From Candidatus Poribacteria bacterium (GTDB lineage: Bacteria; Poribacteria; WGA-4E; UBA9662): a DNA stretch of 64,000 nt. Position numbers and translations under genes: made by a program. The DNA lies in the NCBI GenBank assembly GCA_036339735.1, contig JAYZAL010000005.1, positions 48,684 to 112,683 on the forward strand. The letters run 5' to 3'. Within the stretch, counting starts at the first letter, position 1. Every line of letters starts with the position of its first letter. Below the pieces are notes generated by a model. That model made no database searches. It worked only from the letters and a program-made list of their open reading frames with translations, and was not told the origin of the DNA. Shown here piece by piece: positions 9,942-21,197 of the stretch.

Positions 9942-11297
9942 TTATTTGGCTTTTTGATCCATTACTACAGGGATAAATTCCTGTAGTAATTTTCCAGTTT
10001 TGAGATCAAACGTTCTCAGCCACCCATCAAATCCACCAGCCGATATCTGTTTTTTTACCGGGTTGAAGCTTAAAGCGAAGACTGCCGTTGAATCAGCAGT
10101 AATTACCTGTGATCGATTACCATTTTCCGTTTCGTATATATAAACTTTTCCGTTATCATTCCCCGTAGCGAATCGATTACCATTCGGACTAAAAGCAACT
10201 ACATTAACCGCAGCTAGCTGGCGATCAAAAGCACGAATTAAGTTGAAGTCTGTATTACCTACATCTCGACGAATAGTACGAAATATTTGATACAACCGAG
10301 GTATACCGTCCTCACCTGCTGCTAAAATTTGGTCTTTGCTAGGATGACGAGCCAAACTATAAATTTCTCCATACCCCTTATTACTAGCGTTGATATCGTC
10401 TATAAAGGACCCACTTTCAACCTCTATCAATTTTAAAGCCCGGTCTCTTCCTGTAGTCACTAAGTGGGTTCCGTCAACTGAGAATACTGTCCCTAAAACC
10501 CAATTGCTATGATTATCAAATTTTAGCTTTTCACTTAAATTACTAATTTGAAGTAAGCGAGCGGTGTTATCAGCTCCTCCATACGCAACGAGCTGACCAT
10601 CGGGTGAAATAGAAACTCCATAAAGAGTGTCATTTGTATTTTGAGTAGACTGAGCCAGTTGATATGTATCGGTATTCCACACCTGTAGTTCCCCTGAAAC
10701 AGCAGGGACACCACCCGAAACAACCAAGATTTTCCCATCTAGAGTATAGGCGATTGACTCTATTCGGTCAGATTTTCCGATTAGCCTAGCAATGAGTTCG
10801 GTTCCGTCTGCCCGATGAACTAACACTTCACCATAACCCGAGATCGCTAATTGTTGACCGTCTGGAGAAAATGCCAAAGCAGAAATAACCGGTGGTTTTT
10901 GGTATTTGGGTGCTTCCATTAAGACTTTAGTTGACTTGATGTTCGTATCGTCGATAGCACCTTCCAAAATCCATTGACGAATTAAACTCACTTCATCCTC
11001 AGTCAACGGTTCCAAATTGATAGGCATCTCTGGAGGATCACCAACGATGAAGTCAAAAATGATACTATGTTCAGGACTACCGCCAACAAAAAGAGGGCCT
11101 GTAGCTCCCCCCTTTTCAAAACCAGTATAACTAGTCAGGCTTAAATCACCCGCAGGGTCCTTTGGGTTATGACAACCTTGACAAGTGCGTTGTAATATAG
11201 GTTGAATTTGATCTTGGTAACTAACTCTTGCTACGGAGTAACTCACTCCAGAAAAAAGTAAGTAAACGAAGAGAAAATAGAGCCTCAGCACACCCAA
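9942..11297 (-). CDS. Secreted planctomycete-type cytochrome c domain plus WD40 beta-propeller
   Basis: Signal peptide; 'QIQPILQRTCQGCH...EMP...LIRQWILEGA'; repeated AFSPDG WD40 units. Confidence 0.85.
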   Translation of the reverse strand: MGVLRLYFLFVYLLFSGVSYSVARVSYQDQIQPILQRTCQGCHNPKDPAGDLSLTSYTGFEKGGATGPLFVGGSPEHSIIFDFIVGDPPEMPINLEPLTEDEVSLIRQWILEGAIDDTNIKSTKVLMEAPKYQKPPVISALAFSPDGQQLAISGYGEVLVHRADGTELIARLIGKSDRIESIAYTLDGKILVVSGGVPAVSGELQVWNTDTYQLAQSTQNTNDTLYGVSISPDGQLVAYGGADNTARLLQISNLSEKLKFDNHSNWVLGTVFSVDGTHLVTTGRDRALKLIEVESGSFIDDINASNKGYGEIYSLARHPSKDQILAAGEDGIPRLYQIFRTIRRDVGNTDFNLIRAFDRQLAAVNVVAFSPNGNRFATGNDNGKVYIYETENGNRSQVITADSTAVFALSFNPVKKQISAGGFDGWLRTFDLKTGKLLQEFIPVVMDQKAK

Positions 11298-11333
11298 TCA
11301 CCTCAAACCTTGTTCTACTCGACAGTCTATAGC

Positions 11334-11362
11334 AGCTTAACCCAGCTTTAAGCTGTTGTCAA
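11334..11362 (-). promoter_or_regulatory. Putative sigma70 promoter overlapping an inverted repeat
   Basis: Minus strand TTGACA-17nt-TAAGCT; inverted repeat AGCAGCTTAA-N7-TTAAGCTGTT covers it. Confidence 0.5.
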
Positions 11363-11401
11363 AGAAAAGAAATTCTTGATTCGCAGCGATTTTTCAGGAG
11401 A

Positions 11402-12094
11402 TCAATTTGTAAGTTGGAAGGTGCGAATAGTAGTACAGGAAGGAAATGGTTGTTGTAGTAGTGCCCGAGAGAGATGGATTTGATTAACCTGAACCGTACC
11501 CAGTTCAACATCTCTGAACTGACGTATTCTATGTTGTAATTGACTGATACTTTTTTGAGATTTTATGCCAGCTAAGCTGAGGTGAGGTAGCCACTCTTCA
11601 CCCTCTAGGGGATATATGGGGATATCAGCTGCGTCCTGGTGCAATCTGCCTTGTAAGCGTGCTATAGCACCATTATCGCTCACTTCACAAACTACAAAAC
11701 TACCTAGACCATTGAGTCGTTTTAGGCAAATCTCGAAGGATGGTATCTTCCCTATAATATTCTCAGCCTGTTCAATAATCAGATCAAGCGTATTCGCTTC
11801 TATATCATAGTCCTTTTCTTTTCTATCAGTGAAAAATCCCAGCCATTTTACTGTTACATGATAGTATTCCTCGGGCATTAGATAAATACCATCTAACCCT
11901 TGAAGTTTAGCTGATATTTCTCGGATTTTATGAATGATTTCGGGTTGATGGATCGGGATACTCAAGGTCAAGCTAGTCTTTCGACCATCAAAACCAGCTA
12001 CTCTCTCAGGGTCATACGCCGAAGGCCTAAATCCATTCTGGAAGTGCTGCCAAACTTGTCCAAACTTATCTGCATGAATATTAGAATCTTTCAT
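11402..12094 (-). CDS. 2H phosphoesterase (2'-5' RNA ligase / LigT family)
   Basis: Two HxT/S motifs: YHVTV and PHLSL. Confidence 0.8.
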   Translation of the reverse strand: MKDSNIHADKFGQVWQHFQNGFRPSAYDPERVAGFDGRKTSLTLSIPIHQPEIIHKIREISAKLQGLDGIYLMPEEYYHVTVKWLGFFTDRKEKDYDIEANTLDLIIEQAENIIGKIPSFEICLKRLNGLGSFVVCEVSDNGAIARLQGRLHQDAADIPIYPLEGEEWLPHLSLAGIKSQKSISQLQHRIRQFRDVELGTVQVNQIHLSRALLQQPFPSCTTIRTFQLTN

Positions 12095-12294
12095 TTGTTA
12101 TTAAAAATCATTTTGAATAAAAATCGAAATAATAGTACTCATCGCCAAATGCCGCACAAATGTATCACAACAAAACCAAAGATTCAATAAAAGCTTACAA
12201 GTTAATTCGTTATTTTTATTCAAAATGCCAAGAAATGAAATAAGGATTTTCACTAGGCTAACAGTAATGCCCGATTATCGGTTAGTTTTGTAAA

Positions 12295-13587
12295 CTAAGA
12301 ATTCCGAATAGTAATAGACGCAGCATGCCCATCTAGGTTTTCGGTCTCTGCTAACTTGATAATTGGTTGGCTAACTCTTTCCAAGGCTGATTTTGTGTAC
12401 TGAATTAAACTGGTTTTTTTAACAAAATCATCTACGCTCAATGGTGATGCAAACCTTGCTGTACCACCTGTTGGTAAGACATGATTAGGACCAGCCATAT
12501 AATCACCCACAGATTCAGGCGTGTATTCTCCTATCATAATTGCACCTGCATTTCGAATTTGACCTAAAATGCTATATGGCTCTCTAACAATTAGTCCCAA
12601 GTGTTCTGGAGCAATTCGATTGGCTAAATCTATTGCTTGTTCTAGATTATCAACTAATAAAACAAATCCATAATTGGCGAAGGATCCAGTGATTTCGTTC
12701 TTTCTAGGTAGAGACGTTATTTGAATTTGGATTTGATCTTTGACTGATTCAGCCAAGGTATCACAAGTCGTTACTAATATAGCCGAGGAATCAGTTCCAT
12801 GTTCAGCTTGAGAAATCATATCTGCTGCTACATATGCTGGATTGGCTTGTTTATCAGCAATCACCAAAACTTCGCTTGGGCCAGCAATTTTATCAATGTC
12901 AACTAGGCCCATAACTTGACGTTTAGCTTCTTGAACATAAGGATTACCAGGACCTACAATTTTATCTACCGCTCGTATACTCTCTGTTCCATGGGCCATT
13001 GCGCCAACTGCAGGAGCTCCACCACATTTGTACACCTCATTGATTTTACATATACTTGCGGCTACCAACATGTGTGGATCTATTGTTCCGTCGGGTTTGG
13101 GGCCTAAGAAAACTACGACCTCTTCCACACCAGCCACCTTAGCCGGTAAAACATTCATCAAGAGAGACGACACTAAAAGTTGACTAACCGATGGAACACA
13201 AACGCCTACTCTTTTGAGTGGACGAATCAAATGACCTAAAATAACACCTGAATCTTCTGTTGTGAACCAAGATTGCCGAATTTGACGCTGGTGAAACCGT
13301 TGAATATTTTTCTTTGCTTCATTAATAGCCGATACAAAGTCGCTATCCACCATCCCGTTGGCCTCAGTAAATTCCTTCTTTGTTACTCTCAAATTCTCTG
13401 TGTCAACTTGATCCGAATCGTATTTTTCAATATATTTGACGACTGCTTTGTTACCTTCTAATTTGACGTCTTGCAAAATTTCACTAACGATTTTCTGAAC
13501 CTGCAAATTTTCAAATTGGCCCCTACGATCGATTTTATCCATAAAATCGTTAGCTTCAGGTGATGAAAAATGAGCAATACGAATCAT
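12295..13587 (-). CDS. hisD: Histidinol dehydrogenase
   Basis: VDKIVGPGNPYV, AGPSEV, SQAEH, APEHL, GDYMAGPNHVLPT. Confidence 0.97.
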   Translation of the reverse strand: MIRIAHFSSPEANDFMDKIDRRGQFENLQVQKIVSEILQDVKLEGNKAVVKYIEKYDSDQVDTENLRVTKKEFTEANGMVDSDFVSAINEAKKNIQRFHQRQIRQSWFTTEDSGVILGHLIRPLKRVGVCVPSVSQLLVSSLLMNVLPAKVAGVEEVVVFLGPKPDGTIDPHMLVAASICKINEVYKCGGAPAVGAMAHGTESIRAVDKIVGPGNPYVQEAKRQVMGLVDIDKIAGPSEVLVIADKQANPAYVAADMISQAEHGTDSSAILVTTCDTLAESVKDQIQIQITSLPRKNEITGSFANYGFVLLVDNLEQAIDLANRIAPEHLGLIVREPYSILGQIRNAGAIMIGEYTPESVGDYMAGPNHVLPTGGTARFASPLSVDDFVKKTSLIQYTKSALERVSQPIIKLAETENLDGHAASITIRNS

Positions 13588-14849
13588 GTGTTAAGCCTCC
13601 TTATATCAGCTCCAACAGCTGAAAGTTTTGCCTCTACTTTTTCGTAACCACGGTCAATATGGTAAACCCTTGAAACTAACGTTTGACCTTGAGCTGCCAG
13701 CCCACCCAGAACTAAAACGATACCTGCCCGTAAATCAGACGCCATAACAGGAGCACCACTCAACTGGCCCACACCATGAATGACAGCCATATTACCATCA
13801 ACTCGAATGTTAGCCCCTAATCGATTTAGCTCGGCTACATGCATAAATCGATCCTGATGGATGGTTTCGGTAATAACACTAACGCCAGATACTAAACTGA
13901 GTAATCCCATGATTTGTGCTTGCATATCAGTTGGGAATCCGGGATACACATCAGTACGAACATCGGTAGGATGTAGCTGACGATCCGCCCAAACTCTTAC
14001 TCCATCGTTCTGCCAAGACATTTTGACTCCAATCTGAACTAATTTTTCGGTAACAGCCTGAACCTGTACCATGTTAGCACCTTTGAGAAAGAGATCTCCC
14101 TTAGTCATCGCTGCGGCCACCATAAATGTACCCGTCTCGATATCATCAGACAACACTGAATGACGAGTTCCACTCAAAGAATTAACACCATGAATTTTCA
14201 GTTCAGTTGTTCCAATCCCTTCAATACTGGCACCCATTTTTATGAGGAAATGAGCCAAATCTGTGATATGAGGTTCGCAAGCAGCTGGGCGTATGGTAGT
14301 TGTACCTTGGCCCAGTGTCGCGGCCATCATCACGTTAGCTGTAGCCCCAACACTTGCTCCAAAAACCCCCTTAAGGTAGATATCGGTCCCTTGCAAACTA
14401 TCAGCATGTGCATCAATATACCCACCAAGTACCTCAATTTTAGCACCTAAGCGTTTTAGCCCTTCTAAGTGTAAATCTATTGGCCGAGGTCCAATAGCAC
14501 AACCTCCCGGGAAAGAAACTCGCGCTCGACCCACTCTTGCCAATAAGGGGCCGAGAACATATATGGAAGCCCGCATCTTTCTAACTAGATCATAAGGAGC
14601 TTCATATGATGTCTGGTCAATAGGTTCGATTGTTAATTGATTATTCTCTAAATGGGTCTTTGCTCCTAGTTTTTCCAATAATGAACAAAGTGTTTTTACA
14701 TCAGTTAGGTGGGGAACATTAGTAATGATACTTTTTGATTGACCTAAGATACCTGCAGCCACGATTATTGGTAGGGCTGCGTTTTTAGATCCACTAATGT
14801 CGATTGTTCCTTTTAAGGCTTTCTCACCATTAATGAGAAGTTTATCCAT
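13584..14849 (-). CDS. murA: UDP-N-acetylglucosamine 1-carboxyvinyltransferase
   Basis: SGSKNAALP, MRASIYVLGP, PGGCAIGPRP (active-site Cys), PGFPTDMQAQ, HIDRGYE; ATGA overlap with hisD. Confidence 0.97.
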   Translation of the reverse strand: MDKLLINGEKALKGTIDISGSKNAALPIIVAAGILGQSKSIITNVPHLTDVKTLCSLLEKLGAKTHLENNQLTIEPIDQTSYEAPYDLVRKMRASIYVLGPLLARVGRARVSFPGGCAIGPRPIDLHLEGLKRLGAKIEVLGGYIDAHADSLQGTDIYLKGVFGASVGATANVMMAATLGQGTTTIRPAACEPHITDLAHFLIKMGASIEGIGTTELKIHGVNSLSGTRHSVLSDDIETGTFMVAAAMTKGDLFLKGANMVQVQAVTEKLVQIGVKMSWQNDGVRVWADRQLHPTDVRTDVYPGFPTDMQAQIMGLLSLVSGVSVITETIHQDRFMHVAELNRLGANIRVDGNMAVIHGVGQLSGAPVMASDLRAGIVLVLGGLAAQGQTLVSRVYHIDRGYEKVEAKLSAVGADIRRLNT

Positions 14850-14987
14850 AAAGGGCTCCGTTTTATTTATTCGTATTGGATATTATTTATTATTAGTTGG
14901 TATATAACTCTCGGGTAGCTCACTTGATCGCAATCTGTACCCAAAACCATAGGTTATCACATACAATTTGTTTTTTTCAAAATGCTC

Positions 14988-15016
14988 TTGACAGGCAAAC
15001 CCAAATGTGCAAGAAT
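14988..15016 (+). promoter_or_regulatory. Putative sigma70 promoter with extended -10
   Basis: Perfect TTGACA, 17-nt spacer ending in TGc, then AAGAAT; lies just upstream of the structured RNA candidate. Confidence 0.5.
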
Positions 15017-15041
15017 ATGGCGGTTTTATTACAGCTAAGTT

Positions 15042-15251
15042 AACGGAGACAGAGCTAGGCCGATTCGTCTAGTGAAGTAGGTGGCACTTTAGCCCCTATC
15101 GATAATGTTAGTAAATTTACGACCTGCCTTTCTGGGGGTGGGCGGCTTTCCTGTTTTTATGCAACTTGGCTTGCTCCTTACGATTCCCACTACTTGCCGT
15201 TTGATTTCAAGTGTTTCTTCGATTATTCTCCATCAGCCCGGCTCTGTCGTT
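15042..15251 (+). ncRNA. Candidate rod-shaped structured RNA (6S/SsrS-like, or a leader of nqr)
   Basis: Nested helices read by eye: 15048-15064 with 15232-15248, 15075-15084 with 15187-15195, 15098-15105 with 15178-15184, and an apical G-U-rich hairpin near 15123-15142; T-run follows. Confidence 0.45.
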
Positions 15252-15364
15252 TTTTCGATTTTGGCATATTAAAATATAATAACTAAATGGCTCAGTGATT
15301 TTCGTTCGTAAAGCAATACCCCAAATAATCATTCGTTGATGAATGGACAAGGTTCTAGTGAATT

Positions 15365-16711
15365 ATGTATAGAATTAGGAAAGGATTGGATTTGCCAATT
15401 GCAGGTAGTCCCAGTTCAGAACTTGATGGAACAAAATCGGTTGGCGAAGTAGCTATCCTGGGCTCAGACTATGTCAATATGAGACCGACGATGTTAGTCA
15501 AAATTGGAGATCAGGTTAAAATAGGACAACCAATTTTTGAGTGCAAGCGACAACTTGGTGTTATTTATACTGCTCCAGCGGCGGGTGAAGTTATTAGCTT
15601 GAATCGGGGACAAAGACGTGTTTTTCAAAGTGTTTCTATAAAACCTAATGATCAGGAAGAGCAGGTCGAATTCACACATTATCAATCTACCAGCCCAGAA
15701 AACGCTAATGAATCAAATGTTAGAAATTTGTTACTAGAATCAGGTCTATGGTCCTCCTTTCGCACAAGACCGTACTCGAAAAACCCACCCTCAGATGAGA
15801 AGCCAAATTCAATCTTCGTGAATTCGATGGATACCAATCCGTTAGCACTAGACCCAATGGTGGTTATAAGTCAATATGATGAAGATTTTGCCAACGGGCT
15901 GCAAATTATATCGAAGCTGACCAACGGCACAACTTTTGTTTGTCATGAAGAAGGCAAAAAATTGCCTACAGTTTCAGGAAATATTCAGCTGAAAAGTTTT
16001 TCAGGCCCACACCCATCAGGGAATACTGGCACCCACATCCACTTCCTTGATCCTGTAAGCGCAAATAAAACTGTTTGGACGATCAACTACCAAGACGTTA
16101 TTGCTATTGGAAAACTGTTTACAACTGGACGATTGTGGGTGGAACGCATAATTTCCATGGCTGGTCCCCAGATTAAGTCTCCTCGTCTAGTAAAAACCCG
16201 ACTAGGAGCCTCAATCAACGATTTGGTTGAGGGAGAATTAGTAAACGAAGATAACGTGAGGGTCATATCTGGTTCGGTGTTGAGTGGATTTGAAGCTAAA
16301 GGCCCATTTGCTTACCTTGGTCGTTACCATCACCAAATATCAGCCTTAGAAGAAGGGCACCGGAGAGAATTTTTGGGATGGGCCGGCGCTGGCGGAAATA
16401 AATTTTCGATTAAACCGAGCTTTATTTCCAGTCTATCTCCGTCAAAGAAGTTCGGTTTTACAACATCAACAGAAGGCAGTTTCAGAGCCATGATTCCTAC
16501 CGGAAATTACGAAAAAGTGATGCCTCTTGACATCCTACCTACTCAACTTCTACGAGCTTTGATTACAAAACAAACTGATCTAGCGCAACAGTTAGGGTGT
16601 TTAGAACTGGAAGAAGAAGACCTGGCTTTATGTACTTTTGTGGATCACGGTAAAGTTGATTATGGCCCGATTCTTAGAGAAAATTTAACCCAAATTGATC
16701 AGGAAGGATAA
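15365..16711 (+). CDS. nqrA: Na+-translocating NADH:quinone reductase subunit A
   Basis: [53 protein letters not shown]. Confidence 0.96.
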   Translation: MYRIRKGLDLPIAGSPSSELDGTKSVGEVAILGSDYVNMRPTMLVKIGDQVKIGQPIFECKRQLGVIYTAPAAGEVISLNRGQRRVFQSVSIKPNDQEEQVEFTHYQSTSPENANESNVRNLLLESGLWSSFRTRPYSKNPPSDEKPNSIFVNSMDTNPLALDPMVVISQYDEDFANGLQIISKLTNGTTFVCHEEGKKLPTVSGNIQLKSFSGPHPSGNTGTHIHFLDPVSANKTVWTINYQDVIAIGKLFTTGRLWVERIISMAGPQIKSPRLVKTRLGASINDLVEGELVNEDNVRVISGSVLSGFEAKGPFAYLGRYHHQISALEEGHRREFLGWAGAGGNKFSIKPSFISSLSPSKKFGFTTSTEGSFRAMIPTGNYEKVMPLDILPTQLLRALITKQTDLAQQLGCLELEEEDLALCTFVDHGKVDYGPILRENLTQIDQEG

Positions 16712-17925
16712 TGAAATTTTTAAGAAATATCCTTGATGAACTACACCCTCAGTTCGTAGAAGGCGGTAAATACGAAAAACTTTACCCCTTGTACGAAGCG
16801 TTAGACACCTTTGCTTTTACACCTGGAGAAGTATCAACCGGGAGTACTCATGTCCGAGATAGTATGGACATGAAGCGACTAATGGTAACTGTTGTTATTG
16901 CGCTTGTTCCTGTAACCTTGATGGGGATTTGGAATGCAGGATACCAAGCTATTTTAGTTTTAGCTGAACAAAATATTAGTTCTTGGGCTGATGTTTCGGG
17001 CTGGCGAGCTACGATTATGCATGCAGCTGGATTTAGCTTGGATTCAAGTAGTGTTGCTAGTAATTTTATCTATGGCGCGCTGTTTTTCTTGCCTATCTAC
17101 GCTGTTACCATGTTCGTCGGTGGTCATATCGAAGTCATATTTGCCATCATTCGAAAACACGAAATCAACGAAGGTTTTTTGGTAACCGGGCTTCTTTTTC
17201 CACTGACTTTACCGGCTACAACACCATTGTGGCAGGTCGCTATCGGCATAGCTTTTGGCGTTTTCTTCGCTAAGGAAGTGTTTGGTGGTACTGGGAAAAA
17301 CTTCCTCAATGTAGCCTTGACTTCCAGAGCGTTTCTTTATTTTGCTTATCCAGCTAATCTTTCTGGCGATGCGATTTGGGTAGCTGTTGATGGGCACACG
17401 GCAGCCACATCTTTAGGTCTAGCTGCGGCTGATGGGCTCAACGCGATTGAGTGGTCCCTGACTCAAGCCTTCTACGGAATGATCCCTGGGTCTATCGGTG
17501 AAACTTCCGTTTTATGTGCTTTGATCGGTGCCTTTGTTCTGATCTTGACTGGAACTGGTTCTTGGCGAATCATGGTGAGTGTGGTTGTCGGAGCTGTAGC
17601 GACCGTCTTCCTATTCAATTCAGTAGGGAGTACCACTAACCCTATGTTCGCAATGCCTATTGAATGGCATTTGTGTCTAGGCGGGTTCGCGTTCGGTACG
17701 GTTTTTATGGCAACTGATCCCGTCAGTGCTGCAATGACCAACACCGGCAAGTTTGTTTACGGAGCACTAATTGGAATCATGACCATATTAATACGTGTAG
17801 TGAATCCAGCTTATCCTGAAGGTATTATGTTGGCGATTTTGTTTGCCAACCTATTTGCTCCACTTATTGATTATTTTGTTGTTGAATCAAATGTCAAGAG
17901 GAGGTTAAGAAGAAGTGCAAGTTAA
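16711..17925 (+). CDS. nqrB: Na+-NQR subunit B
   Basis: [37 protein letters not shown] (FMN threonine site), MATDPVS. Confidence 0.96.
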   Translation: MKFLRNILDELHPQFVEGGKYEKLYPLYEALDTFAFTPGEVSTGSTHVRDSMDMKRLMVTVVIALVPVTLMGIWNAGYQAILVLAEQNISSWADVSGWRATIMHAAGFSLDSSSVASNFIYGALFFLPIYAVTMFVGGHIEVIFAIIRKHEINEGFLVTGLLFPLTLPATTPLWQVAIGIAFGVFFAKEVFGGTGKNFLNVALTSRAFLYFAYPANLSGDAIWVAVDGHTAATSLGLAAADGLNAIEWSLTQAFYGMIPGSIGETSVLCALIGAFVLILTGTGSWRIMVSVVVGAVATVFLFNSVGSTTNPMFAMPIEWHLCLGGFAFGTVFMATDPVSAAMTNTGKFVYGALIGIMTILIRVVNPAYPEGIMLAILFANLFAPLIDYFVVESNVKRRLRRSAS

Positions 17926-18685
17926 TTCTTGGCAAGGAACTATTATAGTTGCGCTCCTACTTTGTTTGGTTTGTTCAGGTGTTGTATCCTTTACTGCCAA
18001 CAATTTGAGAGCTCAACAAGAAGAAAATGTCAAACTCGATGTTAAAAAGAATTTACTTCTGTCTGCGGGGTTGATCGCGAGCAAGGATGTACCAAAACCA
18101 GAAATTGAAAAAGCGTACAAGAATGTTGAAGCTAAAGTCGTAGACCTAGAAACGGGTAAGTACATTGACGATGCACCAAATGACTTTGACGCAAGAGCTG
18201 CAGCTAAAGACGCAAGTCGAAATGTAGAAATCCCAGCAGACAAAGACATTGCGAAAAATAGGTATAGAGCTAAGTGGGCAAATGTTTATTTAATCAAGGA
18301 AAATGGCCAACCTACTTCCTTAGTATTACCTGTTAGTGGATATGGTCTATGGTCAACAATGTATGGTTTTTTAACTCTTGATACTGACACCCGTACAGTT
18401 AAAGGTTTGGGTTTTTACGAGCATGCTGAAACACCAGGCCTAGGTGGTGAAATCGAAAATGAGAACTGGAAAGCTCAATGGCCAGGGAAAACGGTCCTTG
18501 ATGCTCAATACAAACCCGAATTTACTGTTGAAAAAGGTGGCTATGCAAAAGGAACCACCTCAGTAGACGCACTGTCTGGTGCAACCATCACAAGTCGCGG
18601 GGTAGAAAAATTGGTCCACTATTGGTTGGGAGATCACGGCTATGGCCCATTCTTAAACCAATTTAGGAACTCAATAGTGGAATAG
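17915..18685 (+). CDS. nqrC: Na+-NQR subunit C
   Basis: [31 protein letters not shown] (FMN threonine). Confidence 0.96.
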   Translation: MQVNSWQGTIIVALLLCLVCSGVVSFTANNLRAQQEENVKLDVKKNLLLSAGLIASKDVPKPEIEKAYKNVEAKVVDLETGKYIDDAPNDFDARAAAKDASRNVEIPADKDIAKNRYRAKWANVYLIKENGQPTSLVLPVSGYGLWSTMYGFLTLDTDTRTVKGLGFYEHAETPGLGGEIENENWKAQWPGKTVLDAQYKPEFTVEKGGYAKGTTSVDALSGATITSRGVEKLVHYWLGDHGYGPFLNQFRNSIVE

Positions 18686-18698
18686 GAGCGAATTGTTT

Positions 18699-19319
18699 AT
18701 GAGTAACGTTAAAGAAACATTAATTAGTCCCATTTTTAGAAACAATCCCATTGCCCTTCAGATACTTGGTATTTGCTCTGCTTTGGCCGTTACCACCAAA
18801 ATGGAGACAACCATTGTCATGTGCTTGGCATTGACTTTCGTTGTTGGTTTTTCGAGCTTGTTCGTTAGTCTGATTCGGAACTATGTGCCGTCCAGTATTC
18901 GTATTATTGTACAAATGGTAATTATTGCCTCTATGGTAATTATTGCGGATCAGGTCTTAAAAGCCTATCTTTATGATACCTCTAAGCAATTGTCAGTCTT
19001 TGTCGGTCTCATTATCACCAATTGTATTGTGATGGGGCGAGCCGAAGGATACGCCATGAAAAACAGTGTGATTGATAGTTTCTTAGATGGAATCGGAAAT
19101 GGTTTCGGCTACAGTGTTGTGCTACTGGTTGTTGGTTTGCTTCGCGAGCTACTAGGTAGTGGAAAACTTTTTGGGCACGAAATTCTACGGTTGACTAACG
19201 AAGGTGGGTGGTACACAGGTAACGGTATGATGCTGCTGGCTCCCAGTGCTTTTTTCTTGGTTGGTCTTTTCATTTGGGTCTTAAGAACTCTGGACCCAGA
19301 TCAAGTGGAGGAGGAATAA
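18699..19319 (+). CDS. nqrD: Na+-NQR subunit D
   Basis: [34 protein letters not shown] at 18699 after AGGAG. Confidence 0.96.
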   Translation: MSNVKETLISPIFRNNPIALQILGICSALAVTTKMETTIVMCLALTFVVGFSSLFVSLIRNYVPSSIRIIVQMVIIASMVIIADQVLKAYLYDTSKQLSVFVGLIITNCIVMGRAEGYAMKNSVIDSFLDGIGNGFGYSVVLLVVGLLRELLGSGKLFGHEILRLTNEGGWYTGNGMMLLAPSAFFLVGLFIWVLRTLDPDQVEEE

Positions 19320-19321
19320 GA

Positions 19322-19936
19322 ATGGAACACTACTTGAGCCTGTTCATAAAAGCGGTTTTTGTCGAAAATATGGCCTTGTCTTTCTTTCTAGGTATGTGTA
19401 CATTTTTAGCAGTATCCAAGCAAGTTAAGACTTCTATAGGTTTAGGTTTTGCTGTCATTGTAGTGCAGGGGATTACTGTGCCTGCCAATAATTTGATTTA
19501 CACCTATCTTCTAAAGCCTGGTGGATTGACGTGGGCAGGGGCCCAATTTGCTGATATAGATCTTACTTTCTTGGGATTGATTAGTTACATTGGTGTAATT
19601 GCAGCTATGGTTCAGATTCTAGAGATGACTCTGGATCGTTATGTGCCGGCCCTGTACGCCGCACTCGGTATATTTCTTCCATTGATTACAGTAAATTGCG
19701 CTATTTTAGGTGGTTCTCTACTGATGGTGGAACGAAGTTATTCGTTCAAAGAAAGTGTTGTTTTTGGCTTAGGGTCCGGTGCTGGTTGGGCTTTAGCCAT
19801 TATGGCGTTAGCTGGTGTTCGTGAAAAATTAAAATATAGCGATATTCCAGCTGGTCTTCGTGGCCTAGGGATTACATTCATTGTTGTTGGTTTGATGGCT
19901 CTTGGCTTTTTGGCCTTTTCCGGTATTCAATTATAA
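19322..19936 (+). CDS. nqrE: Na+-NQR subunit E
   Basis: [29 protein letters not shown]; start moved to ATG 19322 after GGAGG. Confidence 0.96.
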   Translation: MEHYLSLFIKAVFVENMALSFFLGMCTFLAVSKQVKTSIGLGFAVIVVQGITVPANNLIYTYLLKPGGLTWAGAQFADIDLTFLGLISYIGVIAAMVQILEMTLDRYVPALYAALGIFLPLITVNCAILGGSLLMVERSYSFKESVVFGLGSGAGWALAIMALAGVREKLKYSDIPAGLRGLGITFIVVGLMALGFLAFSGIQL

Positions 19937-19955
19937 ATTTTTATAAGGATAGAAT

Positions 19956-21182
19956 ATGATAGCAATTCTTCTTCCTTCACTGATTTTTACCCTAATTGTA
20001 TTAGCTCTAGTGGGAATTATCCTAGTTGCTCGCTCACAACTAGTTGCCAGTGGAAATATCAATATTAATGTTAATGGCGAAAAAAATTGTAGTGTAGCTG
20101 CCGGTGGGAAATTACTCAACGTCTTGGCTGACGAAGGTCTCTATGTTTCCTCAGCTTGTGGTGGTGGTGGTACTTGTGGGATGTGTAAGGTAAAGGTCTT
20201 AGACGGAGGCGGCGATATTCTCGAAACCGAGCGTTCTCATATTAACAAGCGAGAAGCCCGTGAAGGTACCCGTCTGTCTTGTCAAGTGAATGTCAAACAG
20301 GATATGAATGTCGAGGTACCAGAAGAAGTTTTTGGTTCAAAACAATGGAAGTGCAAAGTTCGGTCCAATGAAAGTGTTGCGACTTTTATTAAGAACTTGA
20401 TACTTGAACTGCCAGAAGGGGAAGAGGTCCCATTTCGAGCTGGAGGGTATATACAAATTGAGAGACCTCCTGGACTCACTGTTGATTACCAGGATTTTGA
20501 CATTCCCGAACTTTATCGAGGTACATGGGAACATTTTAAAGTTTTTGATAACGTTTCCTATAGTGATGAACAGATTAGTAGAGCCTATTCTATGGCAAAT
20601 TATCCAGAAGAAAAAGGCATGATAATGCTCAATGTTCGAGTCGCATCACCTCCGCCAGGTTCACCTCCAGGAATTCCACCAGGTGTGATGTCCTCTTACT
20701 GTTTTGGCTTAAAACCGGGAGATGAAGTAACTATTTCTGGACCATTCGGTGAATTTTTTGCACGTGATACCGATAAAGAAATGGTATTTATTGGTGGTGG
20801 TGCGGGAATGGCTCCGATGCGCTCGCACATTTTTGATCAACTAAAGCGAATAAAAACTGATCGTAAAATTACTTTCTGGTACGGTGGTCGATCTAAGGCT
20901 GAAATATTTTTTGAAGATGATTTTGATGAGTTGGCAGCAGAATTTGATAATTTTGACTGGCATATTGCTTTGTCCGACGCTCAGCCAGAAGACAACTGGG
21001 ATGGGTTGACTGGATTTATCCATCAGGTTGCATATGATGAATATTTAAAAGATCATCCAGCTCCAGAGGATTGTGAGTACTACATGTGCGGTCCACCTCC
21101 GATGGCTAATGCTGTAAGGGCGATGCTTATAGACTTAGGAGTCGAAGAAAAAGACATCCTGTTTGATGATTTTGGTAGCTAG
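19956..21182 (+). CDS. nqrF: Na+-NQR subunit F
   Basis: [12 protein letters not shown] 2Fe-2S motif, [31 protein letters not shown]. Confidence 0.97.
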   Translation: MIAILLPSLIFTLIVLALVGIILVARSQLVASGNININVNGEKNCSVAAGGKLLNVLADEGLYVSSACGGGGTCGMCKVKVLDGGGDILETERSHINKREAREGTRLSCQVNVKQDMNVEVPEEVFGSKQWKCKVRSNESVATFIKNLILELPEGEEVPFRAGGYIQIERPPGLTVDYQDFDIPELYRGTWEHFKVFDNVSYSDEQISRAYSMANYPEEKGMIMLNVRVASPPPGSPPGIPPGVMSSYCFGLKPGDEVTISGPFGEFFARDTDKEMVFIGGGAGMAPMRSHIFDQLKRIKTDRKITFWYGGRSKAEIFFEDDFDELAAEFDNFDWHIALSDAQPEDNWDGLTGFIHQVAYDEYLKDHPAPEDCEYYMCGPPPMANAVRAMLIDLGVEEKDILFDDFGS

Positions 21183-21197
21183 TTTTATCACTTTCGT

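Noticed and set aside
15042..15364. Specific call as SRP RNA, tmRNA, T-box or a known Na+ riboswitch
   Set aside because: No SRP core, tRNA-like ends or T-box motif seen, and I could not match a known riboswitch consensus; left as a 6S-like candidate.
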